A stretch of 64,000 nucleotides of DNA from a virus. The translations under genes and the position numbers were made by a program. Every line of letters starts with the position of its first letter. Positions within the stretch are counted from its first letter, which is position 1. The stretch covers positions 1 to 64,000 of the IMG/VR virus record IMGVR_UViG_3300048996_000163. One strand, written 5' to 3'. Below are positions 45,581-55,431 of this stretch, piece by piece. Below the pieces are notes generated by a model that was not told the origin of the DNA, made no database searches, and saw only the letters and a list, made by a program, of their open reading frames with translations.

Positions 45581-46158
45581 TGCCTCCACGGAGGACCGCG
45601 TACAGCGGCATCGTCGGCAGCGAGAACTACTACTTCGGCGGTCAGAACCAGGGCACGCTCCGCGACAACGGTGTCCGCCGTCTCGCCGGCGCCAACCTGG
45701 CCGCGCTCACCACGCAGGTCATGACCGACGTGGCCCTCTACCTGGAGAAGGGCGACCTGGTCAAGTTCCTGACGTTCCTGTCCGGTGCGACCGCCGCGGG
45801 TACGCCCACGAACTGGTGGTACGCGCTCTACGACCCGACGGGCGCCACACTGCTCGGGCAGACCGCCGACCAGCTCACCACTGCGTGGGCGGCGGACACG
45901 GCGATGAAGCTCGCCCTCGCCACCCCGTACGTGGCGCCCGCGACCGGCATCTACCGGGCCGCGATCATGGTCAAGGCGACCACGGTCCCGACCCTCGGTG
46001 GATACTCCGTACGGGCCGCCGCCTCCGCTGCAGTCGTTGTCGGGCAGGCGGTCCTCGCGCAGACGTCCGGGTCCGCCCTGACCGCCACGGCGCCGGCGAC
46101 GATCGCGACCCCGACCGCGGTCGGGACCGTGCCGTACGTGGCCGCGACCTCGGCCTGA
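45580..46158 (+). CDS. Putative virion structural protein
   Basis: NWWYALY...G.LLGQTADQ.T.W, shared with 46621-47196. Confidence 0.65.
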   Translation: MPPRRTAYSGIVGSENYYFGGQNQGTLRDNGVRRLAGANLAALTTQVMTDVALYLEKGDLVKFLTFLSGATAAGTPTNWWYALYDPTGATLLGQTADQLTTAWAADTAMKLALATPYVAPATGIYRAAIMVKATTVPTLGGYSVRAAASAAVVVGQAVLAQTSGSALTATAPATIATPTAVGTVPYVAATSA

Positions 46159-46162
46159 CATC

Positions 46163-46453
46163 GTGGCCGGATCGCCTTGGCACGCGACCCTTTCCGCAGG
46201 CGTAGCCCTGCCCGTTGTCTTCGAGCAGGACTACGACCGGATCGAAGTCGTCAACGTTGACGGCACGGCAGCCGTCTACTTCCGGGTCGGGCAGACAAAC
46301 CCCGGCGTCGCCGCTGAGGGCTCCCACGTGCTGCCCGCAGCGATCGGCAGCGTCGAGCTCGACGTGACCACGTCCGGCCCGACCGAGGTCCGACTCATCT
46401 CATCCGGCACACCGAAGGTCTCTGTCCGCGGCGTCATCAACCTCACCAGGTAG
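46163..46453 (+). CDS. Putative virion structural protein
   Basis: IEVVN.DG.A.VYF...V.LISSG...VSV.G beta-rich pattern. Confidence 0.6.
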   Translation: MAGSPWHATLSAGVALPVVFEQDYDRIEVVNVDGTAAVYFRVGQTNPGVAAEGSHVLPAAIGSVELDVTTSGPTEVRLISSGTPKVSVRGVINLTR

Positions 46454-46462
46454 GGGGCTCCT

Positions 46463-46624
46463 GTGACCGCTGTACTCGAGCTGCTCGCCATCGCCGGGGT
46501 CATCCAACTCGTCCTGGCCGGCCTGTCGGTCGGCGGTCCGCGGTACCGGCCGGAGTGGATGGGGCTTGCCTGCCTGGCGTTCGCGGCGATGTGGCCGACG
46601 ATCCGGTTGCTGGCGGCGACGTGA
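46463..46624 (+). CDS. Small two-TM membrane protein
   Basis: GTG 46463 after AGGGGG; hydrophobic, read by eye. Confidence 0.45.
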   Translation: MTAVLELLAIAGVIQLVLAGLSVGGPRYRPEWMGLACLAFAAMWPTIRLLAAT

Positions 46625-47196
46625 GTGGCTCCCGGTCGTTCGGGGCAGCGCTGGCCCCGCCTCCCGCCACTCCGACGCCAGCCGACCAGAACCTGATCGG
46701 CTGGTCGTTCGACCCGGCGCTTGCCCTGTCGAACACGGGCACCGCCTCCGGCGTCCTTTCGCTGGTCGCCATCCCGGTCCGCGAGGCGAGGACTGTCGCC
46801 AACCTGCTCCTCGGCGTCGCAACCGCCGGTGTCGGCCTGACCGGCGCGCAGAACTGGGCCGGGCTGTACTCGCCGACGGGCGCGCTCGCCGGGCAGACGG
46901 CGGACCAGACGACGCCGTGGGCTTCGACGGGCATGAAGACCACGCCCCTGGCCGCTCCCGCCGCGGTGACGCCCGGCTGGTGGTGGGTCGGCATCTTGAC
47001 CAACGCCGCCACATCCAGCCCCGCGTTCGCGCGGGCCGGGGCGGGCGCTGTCGCGGGCATCTCGTCCGTCGGCCTCGCCGCGACCGCGTCACGGTTCGGC
47101 TCGTATAGCACGGGCCTGGCCGCACTGCCGGGTCAACTGACGCTCGGCTCGATCACGACAGCGACGAACGGCACGTTCTGGGCCGGACTTTCCTGA
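46621..47196 (+). CDS. Putative virion structural protein
   Basis: NWAGLY...G.L.GQTADQTT.W, paralog-like to 45580-46158. Confidence 0.65.
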   Translation: MSGSRSFGAALAPPPATPTPADQNLIGWSFDPALALSNTGTASGVLSLVAIPVREARTVANLLLGVATAGVGLTGAQNWAGLYSPTGALAGQTADQTTPWASTGMKTTPLAAPAAVTPGWWWVGILTNAATSSPAFARAGAGAVAGISSVGLAATASRFGSYSTGLAALPGQLTLGSITTATNGTFWAGLS

Positions 47197-47359
47197 CCCT
47201 GCTCGACCCGGCGCGCGACGCCACAACCACTGGAGGTGCCGCGATGGCGGACGATGCTGCGCCCGATCCGGGCGTGTTCGGGTCGATGGTCGTGACCGGC
47301 GAGTGCGAGGTCATCCCGGCCGTTGAGGTCGCCAACGCTGACGAAGAGGAGCGGGACCG

Positions 47360-47740
47360 ATGACCCTCGGCCAGTCCACCACCCACGCGCACGCGATCAT
47401 CAACGTGCTGCGCGGGACGACGTACACGGCACCGGCGTCGGTGTGGGTGAAATGGCACACCGGTGACCCGGGGGCCGCCGGCACCGCGAACGCCTCGGCG
47501 ACGACGACCCGGATGCAGATGACGCTCGCGGCACCGTCCGCGGGTTCGTCGGCGTCTTCGTCGATGTCGTGGACGTCCTGGGTGCCGTCGGGCGAGACCC
47601 TGACCCATTTCAGCATCTACGACGCATCCACGGCCGGGACGTTCCTGCAGTCCGGTGCGCTCGCGGCGTCGAAGTCGCCGTCCCCTGGCGACACCGTCAA
47701 CCTGGTCGTCACCGTGACGCAGGGCCCGATCGCAGCCTGA
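47360..47740 (+). CDS. Phage fibre-associated structural protein
   Basis: VKWHTGDPG.AGT.N...THFSIYDASTAGTFL. Confidence 0.7.
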   Translation: MTLGQSTTHAHAIINVLRGTTYTAPASVWVKWHTGDPGAAGTANASATTTRMQMTLAAPSAGSSASSSMSWTSWVPSGETLTHFSIYDASTAGTFLQSGALAASKSPSPGDTVNLVVTVTQGPIAA

Positions 47741-47767
47741 TGCCGCACTCGGATCTGAGGGGTCGTC

Positions 47768-48769
47768 ATGGCGGATAACGCGCAGATAACGCCGGGCTCG
47801 GGCCTGAGTATCGCCGCCGACGACATCGGCTCCGGCGTCCTCGCCCAGCGCGTGAAGCCCGTGTGGGGCCCGGACGGAACAGGCACCGACGTTGACGTGG
47901 CGACGGCGTTGCCCGTCCAGTCGGGGTGGAAGGAACTCACCGGCTCGGCGACGGCGAACAACACCGACCTCGTGTCTACCGACGCTGCCGGTTACCGCTG
48001 GGTGACGATCCAGGTCACCGGCACGTTCGCGGCGACCGCAGCGTTCCAGCAGTCCAACGACAACACCAACTGGGTCTCTCTGCCGCTGGGCACCGCCACC
48101 GCCACAAGCGGCCAAGGTTCCGCGTTGACGTCAGCCTCCGTCACCGGTGGCGTCTTCGCCGGGCCACTGTCGTGCCGGTACGTGCGGGTCCGTACCACCG
48201 CCTACACCAGCGGCACGCCCGCCGTTGTTGTCGACATGTGGGCCGTTCCGCCGCCGGTGCTGTCCCCGATTCTCAACAGCTCGCTCGTGGTTTCCGGCGG
48301 GCAGGCGATCGGCAGCGACGCCACATCCCTCGGCTCGTTCACGTCGGTGTCGGTGGGGTCGGCGAATTTCGGCTGGAACGGCGCGAGTTGGGACCGCCTG
48401 CGCACCCCGGCGACGTTCAAGTCGGCTGCGGCGACGTCGTCCGGCAACACGGCCGTATGGACGCCCGGCGCGAGCAAAAAGTTCCGGCTCATGCGATACA
48501 AGATCGACGTGTCGCAGGACGCGGCCCAGTCGTCCGGCGGGGTCATCACGATCGGCCTGCAGGACAACACGACCGACGTCGGCCTGTCCCAGTCCGTGTT
48601 CGTCCCCGGCGCGGCGGCCACGACGATGGGCCCCGGCTGGACGTCCGGCTGGATCGACCTCGGCAACGGCCGCATATCCAGCACCATCAATCAGCTTCTG
48701 AACGTCAACCTCAGCGCGGCGCTCACCTCAGGGACCGTCCGCGTCGTCGCAATCGGCTGCGAGGAGTAG
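47768..48769 (+). CDS. Putative virion fibre/decoration protein
   Basis: MADN..ITPG.G..IA.D......QRVK; SND.TNW; RYVRVR.TAYTSGT. Confidence 0.7.
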   Translation: MADNAQITPGSGLSIAADDIGSGVLAQRVKPVWGPDGTGTDVDVATALPVQSGWKELTGSATANNTDLVSTDAAGYRWVTIQVTGTFAATAAFQQSNDNTNWVSLPLGTATATSGQGSALTSASVTGGVFAGPLSCRYVRVRTTAYTSGTPAVVVDMWAVPPPVLSPILNSSLVVSGGQAIGSDATSLGSFTSVSVGSANFGWNGASWDRLRTPATFKSAAATSSGNTAVWTPGASKKFRLMRYKIDVSQDAAQSSGGVITIGLQDNTTDVGLSQSVFVPGAAATTMGPGWTSGWIDLGNGRISSTINQLLNVNLSAALTSGTVRVVAIGCEE

Positions 48770-48771
48770 CA

Positions 48772-49050
48772 GTGCAGGTCACCCGCATCACCGACGTCGG
48801 CAACGACCAGTGCGCGATCGAGGGCGTCGACGACAACAACAACGTGGTCGTCTGCCTCAACTGGACCTCCGCGACGTGGAACTACTACCCGCCCGAGGCG
48901 TACGACCCCGAGACCGGGAACCGGTGGGACCCGAGCGCCCCCGGCCGGGACATGACCGAGGAGGAGCTGCTCGCATGGGCTGAGAACCTTCTCGACACGA
49001 TCGGCGTCCCGCCCCACGGTCCCACCGCGGTCCTGTACCAGGCGCCATAG
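48772..49050 (+). CDS. Hypothetical protein
   Basis: GAGGAG RBS, GC3-rich. Confidence 0.55.
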   Translation: MQVTRITDVGNDQCAIEGVDDNNNVVVCLNWTSATWNYYPPEAYDPETGNRWDPSAPGRDMTEEELLAWAENLLDTIGVPPHGPTAVLYQAP

Positions 49051-49083
49051 CCCCGTCCGGCCCGCGAGTCGTAGGGGGCACCG

Positions 49084-50541
49084 GTGTCGCTGCTCCTACT
49101 GCTCCGCACCCCGCCGCTCTTCGGCGACGCCGACGCGTCCAGCCCCCCGGTCGTAACCGCGAACAGCGGCAACACCGTCACCACCATCACGTTCACCCCG
49201 GCCGCGAACAGCGTGCTCGAAGCCGTCGCATGGCACGACACCGCCAGCGGCAACACCACGAACACGTCCGCCGTCACCGACTCGCTCGGCGGCACCTGGA
49301 CAGTCGAGGAAACCCGCAACAAGGCCGACAGCGGCGGGCAGAACGGGCACGTCCAACTGTCATGGCGAGCCATCGGCGGCAGCCCCGCACCGATGACCGT
49401 CACCACCACCGGCACCAGCACCGGCGGGGCGTGCAGCCTGTCCGTGCGCGTCATCGCGGGCGCGAACACCACCACACCGATCGACGTCAAATCCGAGGGC
49501 AGCAACGCCGCCGCCGTCGTCAGTCTCGCCCTCCCCGCCAGTGTCGCCGCGAACACGCGCGGCGTCGTCGCGAACGTCGACTGGAACGTCGCCGCCGCGC
49601 CGACACCCGGCGCCGGCCAGACGGGGCTCGTCTCCCGTGGCGTGGGCGCCGGCCCGGACCTGCGGATCTACCTCGGCATCCGCAGCGCCTTGACCGTCAC
49701 GCCCGGCACCGTCGAGACGATGTCGACGGCGGCACCAGCGTCGGGCAACACGAACAACACGATCGCGTGGTCGCTGAAACCGGCGGGCGGCGGCGGCACC
49801 CACAACGCGACCGGCACGGCCGCGGGGACCGCATCCGCATCCGGCTCGGCCACCGTCGACCGGAACGCGACCGGGGCGGCGTCAGGCGCCGGAGGCGCCG
49901 CGGGCACGGCCACCGCCGACCTCGCCGCCACCGGCACGACGACCGGAACGGCCGCGGCGTCCGGCGCCTCAACGGTCACCCGCGAAGCAGCAGGCACCGC
50001 CCCCGGAACCTCCGGGACCACGGGCGCGTCAACCCTCACGACCGCCGCCACGGGTACGGCCGCCGCCACCGGGACCGCTGCGGGCGCGGCAGCGCTCACC
50101 CTGTCCGCGACAGGCACAGCATCCGCCACATCTGCAGCGTCGGGCTCGGCCACCATCTCCGGCGCCGGAGCGACCGGCGACGCGAACGCCACCAGCACCG
50201 CGGCGGGTACGTCCACCGTCACCCGCAGCGCAGCCGGTACGGCGACGGGCACAGCGACTGCCACCGGCACGGCCACCGTCACGAGCCTCGGTACGGGAAC
50301 CGCCGCGGGCGCCAGCATCACCACCAGCGCAGCCATCGTCGTTCGCATCGCCACCGGCGCGGCGGCCGGAGTCTCGAGCGCTTCAGGCGCCGCGAGCATC
50401 GCCGGGACAGCGGCAGCGACGGGCACCGCGACGGCGATCGCATCCGCCACCGGCAACGCCGCCGTGTCCGGACCGGTCATCCCGGCCATCTACGCCCGTT
50501 CTCACGTCGCCCGCGCCTACACGCACCCGACCGGCACCTGA
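49084..50541 (+). CDS. Thr/Ala/Gly-repeat fibre-like protein
   Basis: MSLLLLLR start, beta domain, then ~20-aa ATGTAAGT..ASG.AT repeats. Confidence 0.7.
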   Translation: MSLLLLLRTPPLFGDADASSPPVVTANSGNTVTTITFTPAANSVLEAVAWHDTASGNTTNTSAVTDSLGGTWTVEETRNKADSGGQNGHVQLSWRAIGGSPAPMTVTTTGTSTGGACSLSVRVIAGANTTTPIDVKSEGSNAAAVVSLALPASVAANTRGVVANVDWNVAAAPTPGAGQTGLVSRGVGAGPDLRIYLGIRSALTVTPGTVETMSTAAPASGNTNNTIAWSLKPAGGGGTHNATGTAAGTASASGSATVDRNATGAASGAGGAAGTATADLAATGTTTGTAAASGASTVTREAAGTAPGTSGTTGASTLTTAATGTAAATGTAAGAAALTLSATGTASATSAASGSATISGAGATGDANATSTAAGTSTVTRSAAGTATGTATATGTATVTSLGTGTAAGASITTSAAIVVRIATGAAAGVSSASGAASIAGTAAATGTATAIASATGNAAVSGPVIPAIYARSHVARAYTHPTGT

Positions 50542-50551
50542 AGGAGCAGCA

Positions 50552-51169
50552 GTGGGCCTGAACACGAACGGCCGTCATGCCGCCCTCGCCGGGCTTGCCG
50601 CCGTCATCACCCACGTCTCCGCCCACACCGGCCTCCCCGACGCCAACGGCTCCAGCGAAGTCGTCGGCGGCGCGTACGCCCGCATCCCCGTCACGTGGGC
50701 GGCACCAGCCAGCGGCCTCCGCGGCAACACCGCCCTCCTGACGGTCGAGATCCCGGCCGGGACGACCGTCACCCACCTCGGCTTCTGGTCGGCGCTCACC
50801 GGCGGCACCCACTACGGGCACTCCCCCGTCAACCCGGCCGTCGACGGGTACGGGCTCGTCGGGTCGAACGGTGTCGCCATCGACTCCGCCACCGCCCTCG
50901 GTCACGGCCTCGTCGACGGCAGGCGGGTCGCGTTCCTGCCCTCCGCCGGTGACGCCCTGCCAGGTGGGATGTCCGCCGCGGTCCTCTACCACGTCGTCAG
51001 CGCCGGAACCGATACGTTCTCAATCTCGCTGACATCCGGCGGCGCCGCGGTCGACCTCACCAGCCAGGGCAAGTTCTACTTCCAGAGCTGCACCCCCGAG
51101 GTGTTCGCCGGCGCGGGCCAGCTGACGATCGCCGCCGGTGCGCTGCTGCTCGACGGTACCCTTACCTGA
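50552..51169 (+). CDS. Phage fibre-associated structural protein
   Basis: SAHTG.P...G..EV.GG.YAR..VTW; THLGFWSALTGGT; related to 47360-47740. Confidence 0.7.
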   Translation: MGLNTNGRHAALAGLAAVITHVSAHTGLPDANGSSEVVGGAYARIPVTWAAPASGLRGNTALLTVEIPAGTTVTHLGFWSALTGGTHYGHSPVNPAVDGYGLVGSNGVAIDSATALGHGLVDGRRVAFLPSAGDALPGGMSAAVLYHVVSAGTDTFSISLTSGGAAVDLTSQGKFYFQSCTPEVFAGAGQLTIAAGALLLDGTLT

Positions 51170-51170
51170 G

Positions 51171-52310
51171 ATGACGAGCTCGGCGCTGACGTTCGCTGTC
51201 GGCGGGTCGGTCACAGCGGTCAAGGCCGCGAAGGTCGGTACGCAACTCCCGTTCGCCGTGGGCGGCACCGCGGCCACCGGGCAAGGCACCGTCCGGGGCG
51301 TCACCAGCACGCTGGCGTTCGCGGTCACCATCGCAATCCCGGGCGTCGCGTACAACGCGGTCGGCTGGGACGAGGAGTACGCGCCCACCGAACTCCAGTG
51401 GCTGCGGACCTGCGCCAAAGCCCACTGGGACCTGACCGACGACGACCTCGGCATCAAGGGCAACGAGCTCCACGACTACGGGCGGCACCGTTCGCACCGG
51501 TGGCTGCTCGGCCATGGTCGCGCCGACGACTACTCGATCCAGGACCCCCGCGACCGCTCCCCGGACCGCGACGTCCTCGCCGCCCTCGACATCTCCCTAC
51601 CCCCGGACCTGCTCGCCGAGGCGTGCGCGGCACTGCTCGCCGCGTCGCACGCAAGGACGCTCCCGCCGCAGATCGCCGAGTGGTTCGGGACCGTCGACGG
51701 GGTTCACGTTGTCGGCTGGGACGTCATCGACAACGCCCCCGCCACCTCCGACACGTCGCACCTCTTCCACCTGCACCTCGGCTTCTTCCGCGCTTTCACC
51801 AACCTCGACCACGCGGCAGTTCTAAGGCTGATCCTGGGGGCTCGCGTGGACGACGGGACGTTCAACATCGCGCTCGGCCGGTGGATGTACCTCATCGGTC
51901 TGGCAGCCGCCGGGACCGGCGCACTGACGGTGGCGCTGCTGCGTTCGGCGCAGATCGACGGGCTGCTCCGCGAACACGACACGCTCGCCGACGTCCTCGC
52001 TGGCAGTGGCACGGTCGAGGCGGACTTCACCGGCTACGCGCGCAAGACCGTCACTAGCGGCATCGCGGCAACCGTCGTCGACGCCTCCAACTGGGTCAAC
52101 GCCACCATCCCCGCGCAGACGTGGAACCCGGCCGGTGGCGCGGTCAACAACACGCTCGTGAAGCTGCTCGCCTGCTGGAGCCCGACGGTCGGCGCCCCCG
52201 ACTCGCAGGTCATCCCGCTGACATTCCACCGGTTCACGACCACCACCGACGGTGTCACGCCGCTGGTGTGGCAGCCGCCGACGGCAGGGTTCGGACGGGC
52301 GGCCGGCTGA
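51171..52310 (+). CDS. Fusion of an endolysin-like Zn peptidase domain and a structural domain
   Basis: GI.G...H..G.H...DYS....RD......ALD...SD.SHL.H.H..F.R, then FNIA.GR...EADFTGYARK. Confidence 0.6.
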   Translation: MTSSALTFAVGGSVTAVKAAKVGTQLPFAVGGTAATGQGTVRGVTSTLAFAVTIAIPGVAYNAVGWDEEYAPTELQWLRTCAKAHWDLTDDDLGIKGNELHDYGRHRSHRWLLGHGRADDYSIQDPRDRSPDRDVLAALDISLPPDLLAEACAALLAASHARTLPPQIAEWFGTVDGVHVVGWDVIDNAPATSDTSHLFHLHLGFFRAFTNLDHAAVLRLILGARVDDGTFNIALGRWMYLIGLAAAGTGALTVALLRSAQIDGLLREHDTLADVLAGSGTVEADFTGYARKTVTSGIAATVVDASNWVNATIPAQTWNPAGGAVNNTLVKLLACWSPTVGAPDSQVIPLTFHRFTTTTDGVTPLVWQPPTAGFGRAAG

Positions 52311-52462
52311 TGCCGACGGTCACGACCCTGCAGGCCGTGGAGATGTCCCGGCCCATACCGGCGCCCGCCACGGTTCCTGTGCCCGCCGACCACATTCGCC
52401 CCGTGCTGTCGACCCCGTGGCATCGCACTGGCGTCATCCGCACCCGCCACTGAGGAGGTGCC

Positions 52463-53206
52463 GTGGCCGACGACTTTGCCGTCCCGTATCTCGACGTGTA
52501 CCCGTACGACGACACGACCGCGGTCACGCTCGAGGTCCGGCCGCCCGGCGTGACGCCGTACGACGCGGGCACATGCACCCCGTCGCTCGTCACCGTCGAC
52601 ATCGACGACACCCCGACCCTCGTTCAGCGGTGGACGGCACCGCCGGTTCCGTATGGCGCGCCGTTCGGGTACTGGGTGTTCGCGTGGGAGATCACCGGCA
52701 CCGGCGCGGACGCTCCCGAGCAGCGCTTCCACGTCCCGCCCCCGCCGAGCAGTGGCGGGCCGACGTGGGTGCCGTCACGTGCGCGAGTCGCGACGTACAT
52801 CCCCGAGCGGACCGTCGAGGTCAACCGGCTGTCCGGCGGCGCGCCAGTTCTGGACTTCACAGACGACACGCGGCCGACATCGACACAAGTCGATCAGCAG
52901 ATCGAGGACGCGGTCGGCTGGGTCACCGTCACCTGCGGTGACGTCCACAGCGACCTGTTCGAAGCCGCCCGAGGGGTCGCGGCGATCCGCGCTGCGGGCA
53001 TGGCAGAGATCTCCTGGCCGGTCCGCGACGGCGACATCAACGCCGGTCAGGCGCTCCTCACGCAGGCGGACAACGCGTTGAAGGCGCTCGCGGCTCGCAA
53101 CGAATCGTTGACCGGCGTCGATCCGGACGACCCGGATGCGGTGTTTGAGGTCGTTCCGGTCTTCAGCTTCCCGCCGCAGGGCCGCTGCAGCGACTACATC
53201 TTCTGA
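52463..53206 (+). CDS. Head-tail adaptor-like protein
   Basis: GAGGAGG RBS; F...TRPT..QV...I..A motif. Confidence 0.6.
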   Translation: MADDFAVPYLDVYPYDDTTAVTLEVRPPGVTPYDAGTCTPSLVTVDIDDTPTLVQRWTAPPVPYGAPFGYWVFAWEITGTGADAPEQRFHVPPPPSSGGPTWVPSRARVATYIPERTVEVNRLSGGAPVLDFTDDTRPTSTQVDQQIEDAVGWVTVTCGDVHSDLFEAARGVAAIRAAGMAEISWPVRDGDINAGQALLTQADNALKALAARNESLTGVDPDDPDAVFEVVPVFSFPPQGRCSDYIF

Positions 53207-53221
53207 CCGAGAGGTAACGCC

Positions 53222-53551
53222 ATGACGTTGCGCACGCCCGCGCAGGTGATCGACTTCGACGGCGAGCTCGCCGCGCCGTACTCGCCGACCGTCTCCGACA
53301 CGTTCAGCATCAACGACCTCCCCGGCATTTTGGAGATCAACAACGCTTCGGGCGGGTCGATCAACTACACGCTCGTCGACGGCGGACGCACCGGCGCCGG
53401 CACCGCAGCCGCAGCACTCACCCCCGTTGCGATCGCCGCGGGCGCGAAGCGGCGCTTCAAGCTCACCAAGGACTACGCCGACTCCACCGGCGTCGTCACC
53501 GTCACCCTGTCCGCCGTGACCACGGTGACGGCCGAGTTCTACAAGCTCTGA
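53222..53551 (+). CDS. Putative virion structural protein
   Basis: L.INNASGGSI..T..D...V.I.AG......Y....G.V.V..S..T.VT. Confidence 0.6.
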   Translation: MTLRTPAQVIDFDGELAAPYSPTVSDTFSINDLPGILEINNASGGSINYTLVDGGRTGAGTAAAALTPVAIAAGAKRRFKLTKDYADSTGVVTVTLSAVTTVTAEFYKL

Positions 53552-53556
53552 CGTCC

Positions 53557-53952
53557 GTGGCCAGCGACGGCGAACTCATCATCAACGAGTCGGAGATGCA
53601 CCAGCTGCTCCGCGGCGAGACCGGCGAGGTCATGCAGGAACTCCGCAAGCTCGCCAGGGACGTCGAGCGGGGCGCGAAACGCCGCACCCACGGACGCATC
53701 GCCGCCGGCGTCAAAGCCCACTCGCCAGGGGTGGACGGCGAGGCGTACGTCGACATCGAGACCGGCGCCGAGGACGAGCACGGCGCGCCGATCGGCCTGT
53801 ACACGGAGGTCGGCACCCGCCCCCACGTCATCGAATCCCGCGGCGACTACCCGCTGCGGTCCGCGACCGGGCAGGTCTTCGGCAAGAAGGTCAACCACCC
53901 CGGCACCCAAGCGCAGCCGCACCTGAGGCCAGCCCTCTACGACTTCGACTGA
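53557..53952 (+). CDS. HK97 gp10-like neck protein
   Basis: YTEVGTRPHVI......L.......F.KKVNHPGT.AQP.LRPAL. Confidence 0.85.
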   Translation: MASDGELIINESEMHQLLRGETGEVMQELRKLARDVERGAKRRTHGRIAAGVKAHSPGVDGEAYVDIETGAEDEHGAPIGLYTEVGTRPHVIESRGDYPLRSATGQVFGKKVNHPGTQAQPHLRPALYDFD

Positions 53953-53963
53953 GGCGGTGCCAG

Positions 53964-54371
53964 GTGGACGGCTACGTCGACGCGCTCGCCGCCTACTGCA
54001 CCCACATCAACGCTTCGGCGATCGTCGGCGCAGGTAAGGCGCTCAGCAATGGCGTCCGGTTCGATCAGCGCCCCCGCTCCCCCGCGTCAGGCGCCATCGG
54101 GTTCGTCACCTGGATCGCCTCGCCGTGGGAGTCGTCCGAAGGCGACCTGCACACCGCACTCCTGTCCACGACCGTCCTCGGCACCACTGAGGACAACGCC
54201 CGCAAAGCAGCGGTCGCGCTCGCGAACCTCCTCCGCAACCTCGACGGCGACCCGGTCAACGGCGCCGACGGGGTCCTGCTCTGCGTCGAGCAGGTCACCG
54301 GCCCTTCCCTGCTGCCCGGCAACGAATACGCATACCTCGTCGACGCCCTCTGTAATTTCCAGCCCGCATAG
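53964..54371 (+). CDS. Tail terminator-like protein
   Basis: Size and position between neck and tail-tube genes. Confidence 0.55.
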   Translation: MDGYVDALAAYCTHINASAIVGAGKALSNGVRFDQRPRSPASGAIGFVTWIASPWESSEGDLHTALLSTTVLGTTEDNARKAAVALANLLRNLDGDPVNGADGVLLCVEQVTGPSLLPGNEYAYLVDALCNFQPA

Positions 54372-54379
54372 GAGGCGCC

Positions 54380-54841
54380 GTGGCGCGCTATGTCGCCGTC
54401 CAGCCCATCTACTTCGGCAACGCGCTCGCGTTCGCCGCCGGCAGCCAGGTCCCCGAGGACCACGTCGAACGGTTCGGGTACCTCGACGCCGGTTTCGTCC
54501 AGCAGGTCGACGACGACCACCGCGGCGACGCCCCGGACCTGGTGGCCGCGCAACCAGACAACACTCCGCCGCCGCTGACCCAGGCGCGGTTCCTCGACGA
54601 GGCCGCGCTGCGGGTGGACCGAGCGCAGCGGGACTTCGCTGCGGCGCAGGTCGCAGGTGGCCGGCCCGCCGTAGTCGCCGAAGACGGCGACGAGGTCGCG
54701 GTCCCACTCGCCGCACTTCGGTCACGCGTCGCCGCCGAGATGGACCGGGCGCCCGATGTGGCGGACGCCACGAAGCCCCGCACCGCGAAAGCCAAGCCCG
54801 GCACGGGCGACACCACCACCAACCCCGTGAAGGAGGGCTGA
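54380..54841 (+). CDS. Hypothetical protein
   Basis: GGAGG RBS; YVA..PI.....LAF..G..VP..HV. Confidence 0.6.
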   Translation: MARYVAVQPIYFGNALAFAAGSQVPEDHVERFGYLDAGFVQQVDDDHRGDAPDLVAAQPDNTPPPLTQARFLDEAALRVDRAQRDFAAAQVAGGRPAVVAEDGDEVAVPLAALRSRVAAEMDRAPDVADATKPRTAKAKPGTGDTTTNPVKEG

Positions 54842-54842
54842 C

Positions 54843-55430
54843 ATGGCGATCACCCTGTCCAAGCCGCTGGTATCAATCGGTGCCGGCTACCTGCTGTGGG
54901 CGCTGCTCGGTACCAGCGAACCGGCATCCAATGCTGTCGGCGGCGTGTTCAACGACTCGTGGCCGGTCGGCTGGAACCTGTTCGGCGCCACCGATTCGGG
55001 CAGCGTCTTCTCGTACCAGATGAACGTCGAGGCGGTTGAGGCGGCCGAATTCTTCGACCCGGTCAGCTACGAGCTCGAGTCCCGCGCCGGAAAGTTCGAG
55101 GCGGCCCTCATCTCTATCAACGCCACGAACATGGCCGCCGCGTTGAACGGCGGGCAGAAGATCACGACCGGCAGTGGCTCCACGCTGAAGACCATCGTCC
55201 GGCCGCCGCAGCCCGGCGCCGAAACTCGGATCATGCTCGGCTGGGAAGCCCGCGACGCCAAGGAACGTCTGGTCATGCGGCAGTGCTTCAACGGCGGGGA
55301 GATCAGCGTCAACCGTGGTCGCGGCGCCGGGAACAAGAGCAAGATCCCGCTCAGCTACATGTTCGAAATCCCGGACACCGGCACGACCGAACCGTTTGAT
55401 CATGTTTTCGCCGGCACGCGGGCGGTCTGA
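54843..55430 (+). CDS. Major tail (tube) protein
   Basis: IGAG.L..A..GT.EP...W...GAT.SG..F.Y..V; precedes the chaperone and tape measure genes. Confidence 0.8.
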   Translation: MAITLSKPLVSIGAGYLLWALLGTSEPASNAVGGVFNDSWPVGWNLFGATDSGSVFSYQMNVEAVEAAEFFDPVSYELESRAGKFEAALISINATNMAAALNGGQKITTGSGSTLKTIVRPPQPGAETRIMLGWEARDAKERLVMRQCFNGGEISVNRGRGAGNKSKIPLSYMFEIPDTGTTEPFDHVFAGTRAV

Positions 55431-55431
55431 C

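Noticed and set aside
49800-50470. Repetitive GC-rich DNA
   Set aside because: Explained by Thr/Ala/Gly peptide repeats; not a DNA-level element
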